A stretch of 64,000 nt of DNA from an uncultured Alphaproteobacteria bacterium (GTDB taxonomy: Bacteria > Pseudomonadota > Alphaproteobacteria > Rhizobiales > Beijerinckiaceae), in NCBI GenBank assembly GCA_963712225.1, contig CAVQHH010000006.1, positions 30,557 through 94,556 on the forward strand. The letters run 5' to 3'. Shown here in pieces: positions 1 through 10,311 of this stretch (positions are counted from its first letter, which is position 1; each line of letters opens with the position of its first letter). The notes below the pieces were generated by a model that was not told where the DNA came from, made no database searches, and saw nothing but the letters and a program-made list of their open reading frames with translations. The position numbers and the translations under genes were made by a program.

Positions 1-728
1 GAGATGAATAACATCGCCCCTACTATCTTCTATTCATCTGCCTGTCGGGAAAGATTCCATGCGATAAGGGACGAGGTTGGAGCATGTACTTTTGGTGCAA
101 AGCGTGTTCCGATGCAATTATGGTCGTGTTAAACAACCTTTTAATGAGGTTCAAAAGCGATCTTAAGCTCAAGACAACAGATTATAATTGGACCAAACGC
201 CTGCCCGGATCTCCATCTTGGCCGGGGGAAATCCCCGAGACCGGATACGTTGAAGCAGACTGAACAGAGCCAGACGAAAATCATCTTGCGGACGGGGCGG
301 CCATGAACCAAACTTGGGCGGGCGCCGACGGCAATTTCCAGCGTTGGCCAGTCCGTCACGCGCTTGGCGTAATCGCTCGCCACGTCGCCTTGGCGTCCTC
401 GGTCACGGCTTTCGCTGGCTCGAACGAGACGAGCCCCGCATCGCGGAAAGCCTCCGCAAGCGCCTTTCCTGCGCGCAGCGAAATCACGGCGCGACCTCCA
501 CTTTTCAGGGGACTCTATCGGGAAAGGGCCAGCGGCGAACACCGGCAAAAGTGCGAACAGCTCTTTGCCAAGCGCAAAAACACGTTGCGTAAAATGGGCC
601 CGCCGAACCGTCGATGCGCTCTGGGATGGCATCGGAAACGCTCTCGATGCCTTTCCTCCACAAGTATGCCGCAACTATTTTCGCAATTCCGGATAAGGTG
701 CTACCTAATCGGGACGCGCTCTAATAGC

Positions 729-3326
729 TCAGCTCGGTGACTTCTTCTCCGTCGAACGTGGCTCGCCCATCAGCGCGGGCTGAAACAATACAGCCGACGC
801 GAGCGTGCAGGCAAGGGACAGCGCCAGCAGTTTGCCCATGCTTGACATCCCAGGGTTGCTAGAGAGCCCCAGGCTGCCGAAGGCCGTGCCTGTCAAGAGA
901 GCGCTGAAGAATACCGCACGTGTCAGCGCCGATTGCAGGAAATCGGTCTGACCCCGCCTCCAGGCCATGATGTAATAGATTTTAAACGCCACGCCAACGC
1001 CGAGAAGCACGGGAAACGCAATGATATTGGCGTAGTTGAGCTTAAAGCCGGTCAAGGCGCAAATTTCGAGCGTCGCAAGAGCCGCCACCATGAGCGGCAC
1101 GAGCGTCAGCAGCACGTCGCCAAAGCGGCGCAACGGGATCCAGAGTAGGATCGCGATTACACAAAACGCCAGTGCCGCCGATTGGATAAGGGCTCTGATC
1201 ATGGTCTCTGCCCACTCCAGGTTTTCGACGGCTTGCCCAGTCGCCGTCGGTTCGGCCGTCAAGACTGCGCGCGCAAAGTTCTGAATCGTCTTGTCGTCGT
1301 TGGGATTCCCTTTCGGAAGGGCGTCGACACGCTCGCGTCCGTCCTGCGTCACCCAATCGCGGACGAGGTCCTGTGGCAACGATTCTAAATCGATCTGCTT
1401 TGCCGTTAAAGCCTGGCCCAAGTCGTCGAGATTCATCTTAAGCGGGTTGATGAATGCGTTGGTAGCCTTCGCCCGCTCCTCAACGGTGGCGTTGGCGAGT
1501 TGCGTCAGATCGCCAGCAAGGCGTCTTGCCGCCTGTGCGCCCCGTCCATCCACCTTGCTTGCTGCCGCATCGAGCCTTTGTGCGCCGCTTCGAAGCGCCG
1601 CAATATTCTCGGCATCGGTGGGCTCAGCCTCAGGCGCCGCCTTCAGTGCAGAACCAAGCACTCTCTCGGCGTGTCGGATGAGCGAAAGTTTCTTATTCTG
1701 ATCGGCTGGAATGAAACTGTCGATTGTTCGCGTCTGATCGACTTCCGGCAGCGCGGCTAGCTTGCCCGCAATTGCTATAGCCTCATCGCGGGAGCGCGCG
1801 AGCACTTGCGCGGAATTGGCATCCATCGCCGGGTCGCTGCTCAATTGCAGAAACGTCGAAACCGCCTGAGAATGCCCGCCCTGCAGATGCAGCGGATTGA
1901 AATCGAATTGCAACTTAGTCAATGCCGGCAGCCCTCCAATGGCGAGGATTGCGGTAAGCGCGATAACAGGGATTCGGCGCCGTTTGAGGAAACTGTCGAC
2001 CGGCGCCAAGGCGGGTTGCCGTAGCGGCTTAGGCTCATCCGGTGGGTTCACTGCCGCAAGCAGCGCCGGCAGCAGCGTGAAACTGGCAAGGTAGGCAACG
2101 ATCATTCCGCATCCGGCGATTTTCCCGAGTTGTGCGAGGCCCGTGTAAGCCGTCGGCGTGAGTGATAGAAAGCCCGCGGCAGCCGCCGCTGCGGCCAGCG
2201 TTAGCGGGACGCCGACCCGCTCGGCGGCTTCGATTAAAGCTCGATGCAATTCACGCGATACATGCCGCTGCGCTCGGTACCGCAGATTGAGTTGGACTGC
2301 GAAATCGGCCCCCAATCCGACGAACAGAATCGCGAATGCGACCGAGATCGGGTTCAAGGCGCCGAAGAGGAAGAATCCCAAGCCGGCGGTGGTTACCAAT
2401 CCGATCGCCAAGGTCATGACTATAGCCAGAACAAGGCGGAATGAGCGTAAGGCCAGCCAAAGAATGGCCAGCACGATCAGCCCGGTAACGGTGCTGTCAA
2501 AAGCGAAGCCCTCCTTGACGGTTGCGAACTCATCGTCGGATATTGGAACAGGACCGGTCAGGCGAACGTTTGCCTGAAAGTTGGATGCAAGCTGCAGGTC
2601 GGCGGAAGTCCGCCTGATCGCATCCGTTGCCCTCCGGCCGGGCTCGAGTTCGCTGGTGACGAGAATAGGTCTGACAGCTATCAGGTGGCGCAGGCCGGCC
2701 GGCTGCGCATTGCCCTGTACCAGCGCATTCCAGGAAAAGCTGGCAGGCCGGGAGGCGGCGACGCTTTCCAATGTCTCCGCCGCCATGTTCGAGAGCCTAG
2801 CAAAGTCATCAAGGGAAAGCCTGCCCAACTTCACTCCTTTGAGACCATACGAAAGCGCCCGAACGAGCCCTCTCAGGCTCGGGTCCTTCGCCAAGACGCC
2901 GATGATCGGCTCGGCATTGGCAAGTTGGCCGGTGGTTCGTGCGAGTTGGTCGGTAGGCAGGAATAGGAGGCGGTTCCGCTGAAAGAACGCGCCGCCTCCT
3001 TCTTCTTGGACGGCGCGGAAAAGAGCGGGCTGGTTCGAGAGGCCCTCGGCCAGTGCGCGTGTGGCCGCGGCGGTTTGCTCCGGCGTGGGTCCCTCGACAA
3101 CAACGAGGATCAGCTTCGTGTTTTGCGGAAATGCTGCTTGGTACTCCAGTTCCCGCTTCCGCCAAGGAAGATCGCGCGAAATCAGGTTGTTGACGTTGGT
3201 ATCGATCGCAAAGTGACGTACCGTGTAGGTCCCCGACACACCAGCCAGAATGAGTGCCACAATAATGACGCCCCAGATGTGACGGGTGCAGAACTCGACC
3301 GTGCGAACGATCGCCGAATTCAGCAT
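729..3326 (-). CDS. hpnN: Hopanoid transporter HpnN (MMPL/RND family)
   Basis: 865-aa ORF with two multi-TM blocks, LFVGLGADFAVQ and GVGVAFKIYYIMAWR motifs, next to hpnK/J/I. Confidence 0.92.
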   Translation of the reverse strand: MLNSAIVRTVEFCTRHIWGVIIVALILAGVSGTYTVRHFAIDTNVNNLISRDLPWRKRELEYQAAFPQNTKLILVVVEGPTPEQTAAATRALAEGLSNQPALFRAVQEEGGGAFFQRNRLLFLPTDQLARTTGQLANAEPIIGVLAKDPSLRGLVRALSYGLKGVKLGRLSLDDFARLSNMAAETLESVAASRPASFSWNALVQGNAQPAGLRHLIAVRPILVTSELEPGRRATDAIRRTSADLQLASNFQANVRLTGPVPISDDEFATVKEGFAFDSTVTGLIVLAILWLALRSFRLVLAIVMTLAIGLVTTAGLGFFLFGALNPISVAFAILFVGLGADFAVQLNLRYRAQRHVSRELHRALIEAAERVGVPLTLAAAAAAAGFLSLTPTAYTGLAQLGKIAGCGMIVAYLASFTLLPALLAAVNPPDEPKPLRQPALAPVDSFLKRRRIPVIALTAILAIGGLPALTKLQFDFNPLHLQGGHSQAVSTFLQLSSDPAMDANSAQVLARSRDEAIAIAGKLAALPEVDQTRTIDSFIPADQNKKLSLIRHAERVLGSALKAAPEAEPTDAENIAALRSGAQRLDAAASKVDGRGAQAARRLAGDLTQLANATVEERAKATNAFINPLKMNLDDLGQALTAKQIDLESLPQDLVRDWVTQDGRERVDALPKGNPNDDKTIQNFARAVLTAEPTATGQAVENLEWAETMIRALIQSAALAFCVIAILLWIPLRRFGDVLLTLVPLMVAALATLEICALTGFKLNYANIIAFPVLLGVGVAFKIYYIMAWRRGQTDFLQSALTRAVFFSALLTGTAFGSLGLSSNPGMSSMGKLLALSLACTLASAVLFQPALMGEPRSTEKKSPS

Positions 3327-3640
3327 GGGAGCCAGAGTTCATCGTGCGAGGAGGTCAGAACTCTCGAATGCAACGGCACATTCGCTGCGTCGGGAACGGG
3401 CTTGATCATGCGTGATCACCTTTCATGAAACTTGTCCTAGGTGGTCAAAACCAGACGCCGTTCTCAACTTCGATCGTTCGAGCAGTGACACGCCGCTCTC
3501 GACGGCGAGGAAGGCCAAAGGGGGGCGGCGCCGTCTTGATCTATATTGGAATTTCTTTTCAGCTGTAGATTGCATTTATCGCTCCATGCCGTACACGATT
3601 TGCGGTCACTGCCCATAAGCGATGGCGATGCACCGGTTCA

Positions 3641-4525
3641 TCAGATCATCACGCCGGGATTATGGCCATGGGCAAGCGCCGCGATGTCTGGGGCGGGAAC
3701 GTCACCATAGCCGGCGATCCGATGAGTTAAGTTCCGAGTCGCCACCCGCGAGGCTGGATCGCACAATGCCGCGAACTCATCCTTATAACGGTAGCCGATT
3801 GCATAGCCTTCGAATCTGTCCGCCACGGCAGGATGCATGTAGATCTCGATGAGACCGCGCGGAAGCTGGCCGAGCAGGCCCTGTAAGCGTGTCGCCGTCA
3901 TCGCCCCAGACCAACGGAGGCCAAACACGGCATCTGGCGTGATCAGCCCCGCTCGCCGCGCGCGGATCCTCAGAATTTGCGCCCAAGGCGTCGTGGCGCT
4001 CCAGGAAGCCGTTACCGGTTCGACCCGCGCCAGAACCGCGGCAGGTTCTTGCGGAACCCGTAAGGCGCGCATCCCGTAGCGCCGTCCGATCGATAGCACG
4101 GACGCGGCTACGGTCGGGTGGATATGGAAATGTTTGTGGCCGCTGACATGATCGAGCGGCAGACTTGTGGCGCGGAACAACTCGAACTGCGCCGTGATTT
4201 CGGCCGCGACCTGCTGGCGGACGGTTGAGCGTCGGATAATGTCGACTCCCAACCGAAACATGTCTGCACGCAAGTGTCCCCCGCCATCGACGAGATCGGA
4301 AATTTGGGTTGAAGGCAACGCCGGCCTCCCTTCCACCAGGACGATGTGAAGGCCGATCCGCAGCTCTGGCAGCCGCCGCGCCCGTCTGACGGCGTCCGAG
4401 GCCGCCGGTCCAGCGACCATCAGGCCTGCGGCGCGGAGAAGTCCGCTACAGTGCGCGACCTCAATCGCTTCGTTGACCTCTTCGGAGAGGCCGAAGTCAT
4501 CCGCGGTAATGACGAGGTGGTTCAA
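3641..4525 (-). CDS. hpnK: Hopanoid biosynthesis-associated protein HpnK (YdjC/ChbG deacetylase family)
   Basis: N-terminal LVITADDFG, GLHIVLVEG, HVSGHKHFH, EIYMHP; ATGA overlap with hpnJ. Confidence 0.9.
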   Translation of the reverse strand: MNHLVITADDFGLSEEVNEAIEVAHCSGLLRAAGLMVAGPAASDAVRRARRLPELRIGLHIVLVEGRPALPSTQISDLVDGGGHLRADMFRLGVDIIRRSTVRQQVAAEITAQFELFRATSLPLDHVSGHKHFHIHPTVAASVLSIGRRYGMRALRVPQEPAAVLARVEPVTASWSATTPWAQILRIRARRAGLITPDAVFGLRWSGAMTATRLQGLLGQLPRGLIEIYMHPAVADRFEGYAIGYRYKDEFAALCDPASRVATRNLTHRIAGYGDVPAPDIAALAHGHNPGVMI

Positions 4526-5961
4526 TGCGAGAGTTCTCGCCGCGCCCGGAGAAATTCAAAAAATTCGATACCCTCGCGCAATCGCCGTTGCATCATCTGC
4601 GGGCTGCGCACCATCTCCGACACGATCGCGGCTATTTTCGGAGCGCGAAAATAGAAGCGCCGGTAGAACTCCTCCACCGAATGGAAGATTTCCGTATGGG
4701 CTAAATGCGGAAAATGGAGCGGCGCAACCTGCACGCCCCGGTCGTCGATCAAGTCCGCATTCTTTTCGTCCAGCCATCCGCTCTCAAGGGCTTGCCGATA
4801 AAGATATGTGCCGGGATAAGGTGCTGCTATCGACACCTGGAGAGTGTGCGGATCGACTTCACAGGCAAACCGGATCGTCTCCTCGATCGTCTCCTTCGTC
4901 TCACCGGGCAGGCCGAGAATAAAGGTGCCGTGGATGACTACGCCGAGCTCGTGGCAGTTTTTGCTGAATTGCCGCGCGACATCAATCCGCACTCCCTTTT
5001 TGATATTGTGCAGAATTTGTTGGTTGCCGGACTCGTAACCCACTAGCAGCAGCCGCAGCCCATTGTCGCGCATAGTCTTAAGCAGCTCTCGCGGGACATT
5101 AGCCTTGGCGTTGCAGGACCAGGTGACGCCAAGCTTGCCTAGCTCACGCGCGATCGCCGCCGCCCGGGGCGCGTCGTCTGTGAAGGTGTCGTCGTCGAAG
5201 AAGAACTCCTTCACTTGCGGCAGTTCCTGGCGAGCCCAACGCATCTCGTCCATCACATGGCCAACGCTGCGTGTGCGATAGCGATGTCCGCCTACTGTCT
5301 GCGGCCACAGGCAGAAGGTGCAGCGCGATTTACAGCCGCGACCGGTGTAGAACGACACATAAGGATGCTTGAGATAGCCAATGAAGTATTTCTCGATCTT
5401 GAGGTCCCGCTTGTAGATTGGCGTAACGAAAGGCAGAGCGTCCATGTTCCAGAGAATTGTCCGCGCTTCGTTGTGCCGGATCACCCAATTGGCGTCACGA
5501 TAGGAAAGCCCGGCGACGGCGCTCCAGTCGCGGCCCTCTGCAATTTCCTTGATGGTGAAATCGAACTCGATGCCAGCGACGAAGTCGACAACTGGGGCAT
5601 CTCGCAAGCTCGCATCCGGCTCGACGGCGACTTTGGCGCCGACGAAGCCTACCTTGAGATGCGGGTTTACCGTTTTCAGCGCTGTGGCGGCCTTTACGTC
5701 GGCGCCGAATGATGGCGTCGACGTATGCAAGACCGCGAGATCGAAGTCCCCAGCCCGCGCGAGAACGTCGGAAAGCTTTAACCCGTGCGGCGTTGCGTCA
5801 ATCACCGTGCTGTTTGGCGTCAGTGCGGCCACCTGCGCGAGCCACGTGGGATACCAGAACGATCTGATCTCACGCCGAGCCTGGTAACGCGATCCGGCTC
5901 CGCCGTCGAAGCCCTCAAAGGACGGAGCTTGCAGAAAAAGGGTGCGCATTCCTGCCGGCAT
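4522..5961 (-). CDS. hpnJ: Hopanoid biosynthesis-associated B12-binding radical SAM protein HpnJ
   Basis: FDGGAGSRYQARRE N-terminus, GRGCKSRCTFC (CxxxCxxC), FFDDDTF; start may be the second Met (5949). Confidence 0.95.
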   Translation of the reverse strand: MPAGMRTLFLQAPSFEGFDGGAGSRYQARREIRSFWYPTWLAQVAALTPNSTVIDATPHGLKLSDVLARAGDFDLAVLHTSTPSFGADVKAATALKTVNPHLKVGFVGAKVAVEPDASLRDAPVVDFVAGIEFDFTIKEIAEGRDWSAVAGLSYRDANWVIRHNEARTILWNMDALPFVTPIYKRDLKIEKYFIGYLKHPYVSFYTGRGCKSRCTFCLWPQTVGGHRYRTRSVGHVMDEMRWARQELPQVKEFFFDDDTFTDDAPRAAAIARELGKLGVTWSCNAKANVPRELLKTMRDNGLRLLLVGYESGNQQILHNIKKGVRIDVARQFSKNCHELGVVIHGTFILGLPGETKETIEETIRFACEVDPHTLQVSIAAPYPGTYLYRQALESGWLDEKNADLIDDRGVQVAPLHFPHLAHTEIFHSVEEFYRRFYFRAPKIAAIVSEMVRSPQMMQRRLREGIEFFEFLRARRELSH

Positions 5962-7787
5962 CAGCTTGCATCCTCAACAAGAGTCGCTCCGGCTGTCACG
6001 CGGTAGCGATGACCTTTCCAGCTGACAGCTGCCCCGCAAAAGCATCCTATATACACGCCGAAGGACATTAGATCGTGCAACGGGAGAAGCAAATAGGGAT
6101 GGCGGGCAAGCCCGAACGCGTGCTCGGCACACCTGCAAAGGACCAGTCGGCAGGTCAGCGCAAGTACGACTACAAAGACGAAGTTTCCCTTCCCCATAGT
6201 CGTGCCAATCAAGGCGAGCGGAAACGGGTGGGCGATAACGGTGCCGGCATAGCCGACGGGATCGATGCTCTTGATCGTGCGGGCAAAGCGTAGCCCATGC
6301 GCCAAGGCTTCGCGGACGCCTCTTTCACAACACATGTGCCCCACCGAGAAGGTAGGCATCTCAACTTCGCATCCAGCGGCGCGGACCGCCTCGCCGATTG
6401 CGTAATCATCGGCGAGGCAGTCGGCAAAGGCGGCGAGGCCGCCGATACGGTTGAGAATGTCTCGCCGGATCGCCACGGTCGAGCCGAAGCACGGTCGTGA
6501 GAGCTTCAATTTTAGCGCAACGATAACGCTTGGCAGAAACTGGGTATTGATGGCCATGCATGCCAAGCGAGCCCAAATGCCGGGGCCTGCGATACCGTGG
6601 TAGAGACATGTGACGGCGCCCACTCCGGGCTCGCTAAGTTTGTCAACGACTCGCGCGAGGTAGCCGGAATCCACCGTGATGTCGCTGTCGGAGATCACCA
6701 ACGTATCGTATCGGGCCCGAGCCATCATATTGATGAGATTGGACACTTTGGGATTGGAGCCGTGGGTGCGCGCATTGACCATGACATCGATCATGCCGGG
6801 ACAGGTGGCCTGAAGCCGCTTCGCGACCGCAACCGCCGGATCGGCGGCATCCTGAGCGCCGAAGATGATTTGTAGCGGCGCATCGTAATCTTGCTGGCAA
6901 AACGAGGCGAGCCGTGGCGACAGGCCAGGTTCATCGCCATGCAATGGCTTGAGGATGCTGACAGGGATATCGGCGCGCGCCGGCCGCTTTTCCCTAGGAC
7001 GAAAACCCAGCACGAAGGCCGATGCGAAGAGCGTATAGACGCAGCCGAGCATCGCGCCCAGCATGCACAGATCGGAGATCCAGCGCAGCACCGAGACGAG
7101 TGTCGCCGCCGTCATGCTCATGGGCCGCGATCGGGGCGCGAAGTCTCTGCCATTGAGGCCGCTCTTGAAGCGCTGATCGAGCGTTTGGCGCGACAAAAAG
7201 ACCTCAGTACGGTCGCGCCACAGGCTGTCCCGCCGCAGCGCGGCGGTATTGCGCGCCAACACCATGAGTGAGATGAGGATATTTTCGCCGAAGCGATGAA
7301 TCGCTGCGCCCCACGAAACGGAGCCGCTTTTGGGTGCCGGTTCAAACCCATAACGCCCGGAAATGCGGGCAAGTTGCTGGCCTTGTTGGGACGTCCCAAA
7401 TCCCATATTCGCGCGAATTGCCTTGATGTCATCGAGATCGGGTCGCGCGGCAAGATACTCCGCCACGTGGTGCAGCGACACCTCAAGGCCGCGGCTCATT
7501 TGCCTTGCCCAGGCGATCGTCGGGCCAACCGCCGGAACGGGTGGAACCTGCTCGTTCCATAAGTGCAAGTCCACAATGCGGTCTCCCGATCTCAAATGTA
7601 CGCCGTCCGGAAGGTCAAGGTCGCGGTCGAGATGATCGATCGCCATGCGGAAGATGCAATCGCGAGCCCAAGTATACTCGAAGACCCGTTGGCGCCGACG
7701 GAGCCAAGCATCCAACTTCGAGACCAATTTCTGTAGCCAGGGATGATCAGCGTTTCCCCGCGCGATCGCGAAGACTCGCTCATCCAT
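5961..7787 (-). CDS. hpnI: HpnI-type glycosyltransferase (C-terminal ~385 aa) with an N-terminal YkoP-like domain in the same frame
   Basis: VSILKPLHG, NPKVSNL, ISDSDI, LADDY motifs downstream of Met at 7121; upstream ~220 aa contain DLHLWNE and GRYGFE (YkoP-like). Confidence 0.85.
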   Translation of the reverse strand: MDERVFAIARGNADHPWLQKLVSKLDAWLRRRQRVFEYTWARDCIFRMAIDHLDRDLDLPDGVHLRSGDRIVDLHLWNEQVPPVPAVGPTIAWARQMSRGLEVSLHHVAEYLAARPDLDDIKAIRANMGFGTSQQGQQLARISGRYGFEPAPKSGSVSWGAAIHRFGENILISLMVLARNTAALRRDSLWRDRTEVFLSRQTLDQRFKSGLNGRDFAPRSRPMSMTAATLVSVLRWISDLCMLGAMLGCVYTLFASAFVLGFRPREKRPARADIPVSILKPLHGDEPGLSPRLASFCQQDYDAPLQIIFGAQDAADPAVAVAKRLQATCPGMIDVMVNARTHGSNPKVSNLINMMARARYDTLVISDSDITVDSGYLARVVDKLSEPGVGAVTCLYHGIAGPGIWARLACMAINTQFLPSVIVALKLKLSRPCFGSTVAIRRDILNRIGGLAAFADCLADDYAIGEAVRAAGCEVEMPTFSVGHMCCERGVREALAHGLRFARTIKSIDPVGYAGTVIAHPFPLALIGTTMGKGNFVFVVVLALTCRLVLCRCAEHAFGLARHPYLLLPLHDLMSFGVYIGCFCGAAVSWKGHRYRVTAGATLVEDAS

Positions 7788-7849
7788 GGATCAGCTCCGC
7801 ATGTGGGCTAGCCGTCAAACCATTTAACCTGCCAATAATTCCGTCGCGT

Positions 7850-9142
7850 TCACGACAAATTCCCGCGCTCCCAATCGAGAGCGGTCGCGAGCGCCGTACC
7901 GCTGGAATTATATTGGTGGTCTCGTGTCCATGGACGCGGGGCGGGACGATTGGCGACAGGCTTGTAGGCCAAGACCTGCGCGACCGATAACCAGCCGCGG
8001 TCAAATGCATGAGCCATTCCTCCCAGATAGAGGCGCCATACCCGATAGCGACCCGCCCCGGCAGCCTCGATCACCTCTTCTGCCCGCGCTTCAAAGCGAT
8101 TTATCCAGTGCAAAAGCGTGAGCGCATAATGCGGGCGCAGGTCCTCCATGTCAACCGCCTCCAACCCGCAGCGCGCGACCTCGTAGATAACCCGCGATAA
8201 GTGAGGAAGCTCGCCTCCGGGAAAGACGTAGCGGTCAATGAACTCGCCTCCTGGCGGGCCTTGGGCTCGGCCGTTGGGGTCCGTTGCCACGATGCCATGG
8301 TTGAGCACCGCACCTCCCGGCTTAAGGAGACGAGAGATCCCGCTGAAATAGAGAGGCAGGTTTTTCAATCCGACGTGCTCGTACATGCCGACGGAGACGA
8401 CTTTGTCGAACGCGTCGGAGCCGAGGATGTCCCGGTAGTCCTGGCGCCGGATCTCTACCCGCCCAGCCAGCTTTTGATTGGAAATTCGCTCGCTTGCGAA
8501 CTGATACTGGCGCTCACTCAACGTGACGCCGACCGCGGTCACCCCGTAATGCGTGGCCGCCCACCGCAGAAGCCCGCCCCAGCCGCAGCCGGTATCTAGC
8601 ACATGATCGCCCGGCCGGAGCCGGAGTTTCCGGCAGATGTGGTCGAGCTTCTGCCGCTGGGCGGTGTCGATGTCCTCCGATCCGCTAAGGAAATAAGCGC
8701 AGGAATAGATCAACTCGTGGTCTAACCACAGACGATAGAATTCATTGGAGACATCATAATGGTGCTTGATATTGGCAGAGTCTCTGTCACGAGAATGGCG
8801 CCGTGTGATCCAATGGAGCGCTCGCCCGATCGGGGAAATCATCGGCAGCCGCCCGATCAGCTCGGCGAGTGCAATGCCTACCCGTAAAATGTCCGGCACC
8901 GAACCCTCCACACTCAGCTCCCCGGCGACATAAGCATCGCCAAGCCGAGCGATATTTCCGCTCGCAAACATCCGGCCGACGGCCGGCGAGCGCATTGTGA
9001 GGATTACCGTCGGCGGGCGCGCGAAATCGAACATCTCGCCATCCCAGAAGACGACCCGCAGCGGCTGCGGATCGTCAGCAAGGCGCCGCTTCAGATGTTC
9101 TAAGAGGTATTGCCGCAGGGATATGGCGATCGGTCGGGGCAA
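7850..9142 (-). CDS. Cyclopropane-fatty-acyl-phospholipid synthase-like SAM methyltransferase
   Basis: IKHHYDVSNEFY, YSCAYF, LDTGCGWGG, SVGMYEHVG, FIDRYVFPGGEL. Confidence 0.9.
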   Translation of the reverse strand: MPRPIAISLRQYLLEHLKRRLADDPQPLRVVFWDGEMFDFARPPTVILTMRSPAVGRMFASGNIARLGDAYVAGELSVEGSVPDILRVGIALAELIGRLPMISPIGRALHWITRRHSRDRDSANIKHHYDVSNEFYRLWLDHELIYSCAYFLSGSEDIDTAQRQKLDHICRKLRLRPGDHVLDTGCGWGGLLRWAATHYGVTAVGVTLSERQYQFASERISNQKLAGRVEIRRQDYRDILGSDAFDKVVSVGMYEHVGLKNLPLYFSGISRLLKPGGAVLNHGIVATDPNGRAQGPPGGEFIDRYVFPGGELPHLSRVIYEVARCGLEAVDMEDLRPHYALTLLHWINRFEARAEEVIEAAGAGRYRVWRLYLGGMAHAFDRGWLSVAQVLAYKPVANRPAPRPWTRDHQYNSSGTALATALDWERGNLS

Positions 9143-9195
9143 AATGTTTGTCCTCTAATCGTTGCCGCCGGCGCGCCGAATTGGATCGTCCGCGC

Positions 9196-10311
9196 TCAGC
9201 CGATGGTTTTTGGCACCTCTTCATCGGAGAGCGGCTCGCGGTAAAGCGTCGCCAAGGTGACCTTGATCGTCAGAGCAACGGGCACGGCTACAATGATGCC
9301 GACAATGCCGAAGAGCGTGCCGCCGGCCAGGAAACAGAAGATTACCAGCACCGGAGGCACGCGTCCTGCCCGGCCGAGTATCAACGGTCCAACCATTTCA
9401 TCAATGGAGAGCCGCAGCGCGGTCGCATAAATCGCATAGGCGATAATGTTGCCGATCCCCGCCGCATAGTGGATCGCAACGAGGCCGGCGATTACCGCAG
9501 ATAAAGCAGGCCCAATCACCGGGAGCATTTCGAGGAAACCGGTCAATACCGCCAAAAATGTCGCATGCGGCAATCTGAGAATCAGCTCAAGACCGGCATA
9601 GGCTGCCGCCGTGGTATAGATCACCACCAATAGCACGCCGACGAAATAACGCTTCAGCAACGGATCCAGACGCAGCCAGACGTCCTCAACCAAGGGACGT
9701 TGCTTGGGCGGTACCAGAGAGAAAAGTCCGCTGCTGATCCGAGGGCCGCCTATAAGAAAATAGAAAAACAGGATCAATGTTAGAAGGAGCCCGAACATCG
9801 AAGCGAAGCCGTAGGTTGCGAGTATCGCCAATCTGTCGGCCTGTCCCAGCCAATCCCTGACTCCGGTCACCAGCGCCTGACCGATGGCCGCCGCGTTCAT
9901 GTCTTCCCCAAGGATATGAACTGTTTCGTTCCCGATCAGCAGACGAGCTAAACTCTCGACGGTTCCACCTAGGTCGGTGACAAGCTCCTTTAGTCCGCCC
10001 ACAAGCGGCGGCACGGCAACCAATCCGACGATCGCTACAATCGCGAAAAGCAGGGCGGAGACACCAACCGCAAAGAGCGAGCGCGGCAAATGGGTACGGG
10101 CCGCCAGCCCATCTGCCAGCGGGCTGCACACGAAAGCGAGTGCCCCGGCAAGGACGAAAGGCAGCAGTATTATGCGGATGAGATAGAAGAACACCACAAC
10201 CGCGGCGATAACGGCGATAGTGGTGGACGCGGAGATTTGCCGGACTGCTTCGCGCGGGCCGAGTGGGGCGGCGCGGTCCTCTACCCGCGATTTCGTTGGG
10301 GGACCGTTCAC
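9196..10311 (-). CDS. AI-2E (PerM) family transporter
   Basis: Multi-TM, PFVLAGALAF..P, LEMLPVIGP, GIVGIIVAVP. Confidence 0.85.
   Translation of the reverse strand: MNGPPTKSRVEDRAAPLGPREAVRQISASTTIAVIAAVVVFFYLIRIILLPFVLAGALAFVCSPLADGLAARTHLPRSLFAVGVSALLFAIVAIVGLVAVPPLVGGLKELVTDLGGTVESLARLLIGNETVHILGEDMNAAAIGQALVTGVRDWLGQADRLAILATYGFASMFGLLLTLILFFYFLIGGPRISSGLFSLVPPKQRPLVEDVWLRLDPLLKRYFVGVLLVVIYTTAAAYAGLELILRLPHATFLAVLTGFLEMLPVIGPALSAVIAGLVAIHYAAGIGNIIAYAIYATALRLSIDEMVGPLILGRAGRVPPVLVIFCFLAGGTLFGIVGIIVAVPVALTIKVTLATLYREPLSDEEVPKTIG

Noticed and set aside
141-740. ORFs 141..674 (-) and 303..740 (+)
   Set aside because: No recognisable motifs, overlapping antisense frames, no clear RBS.
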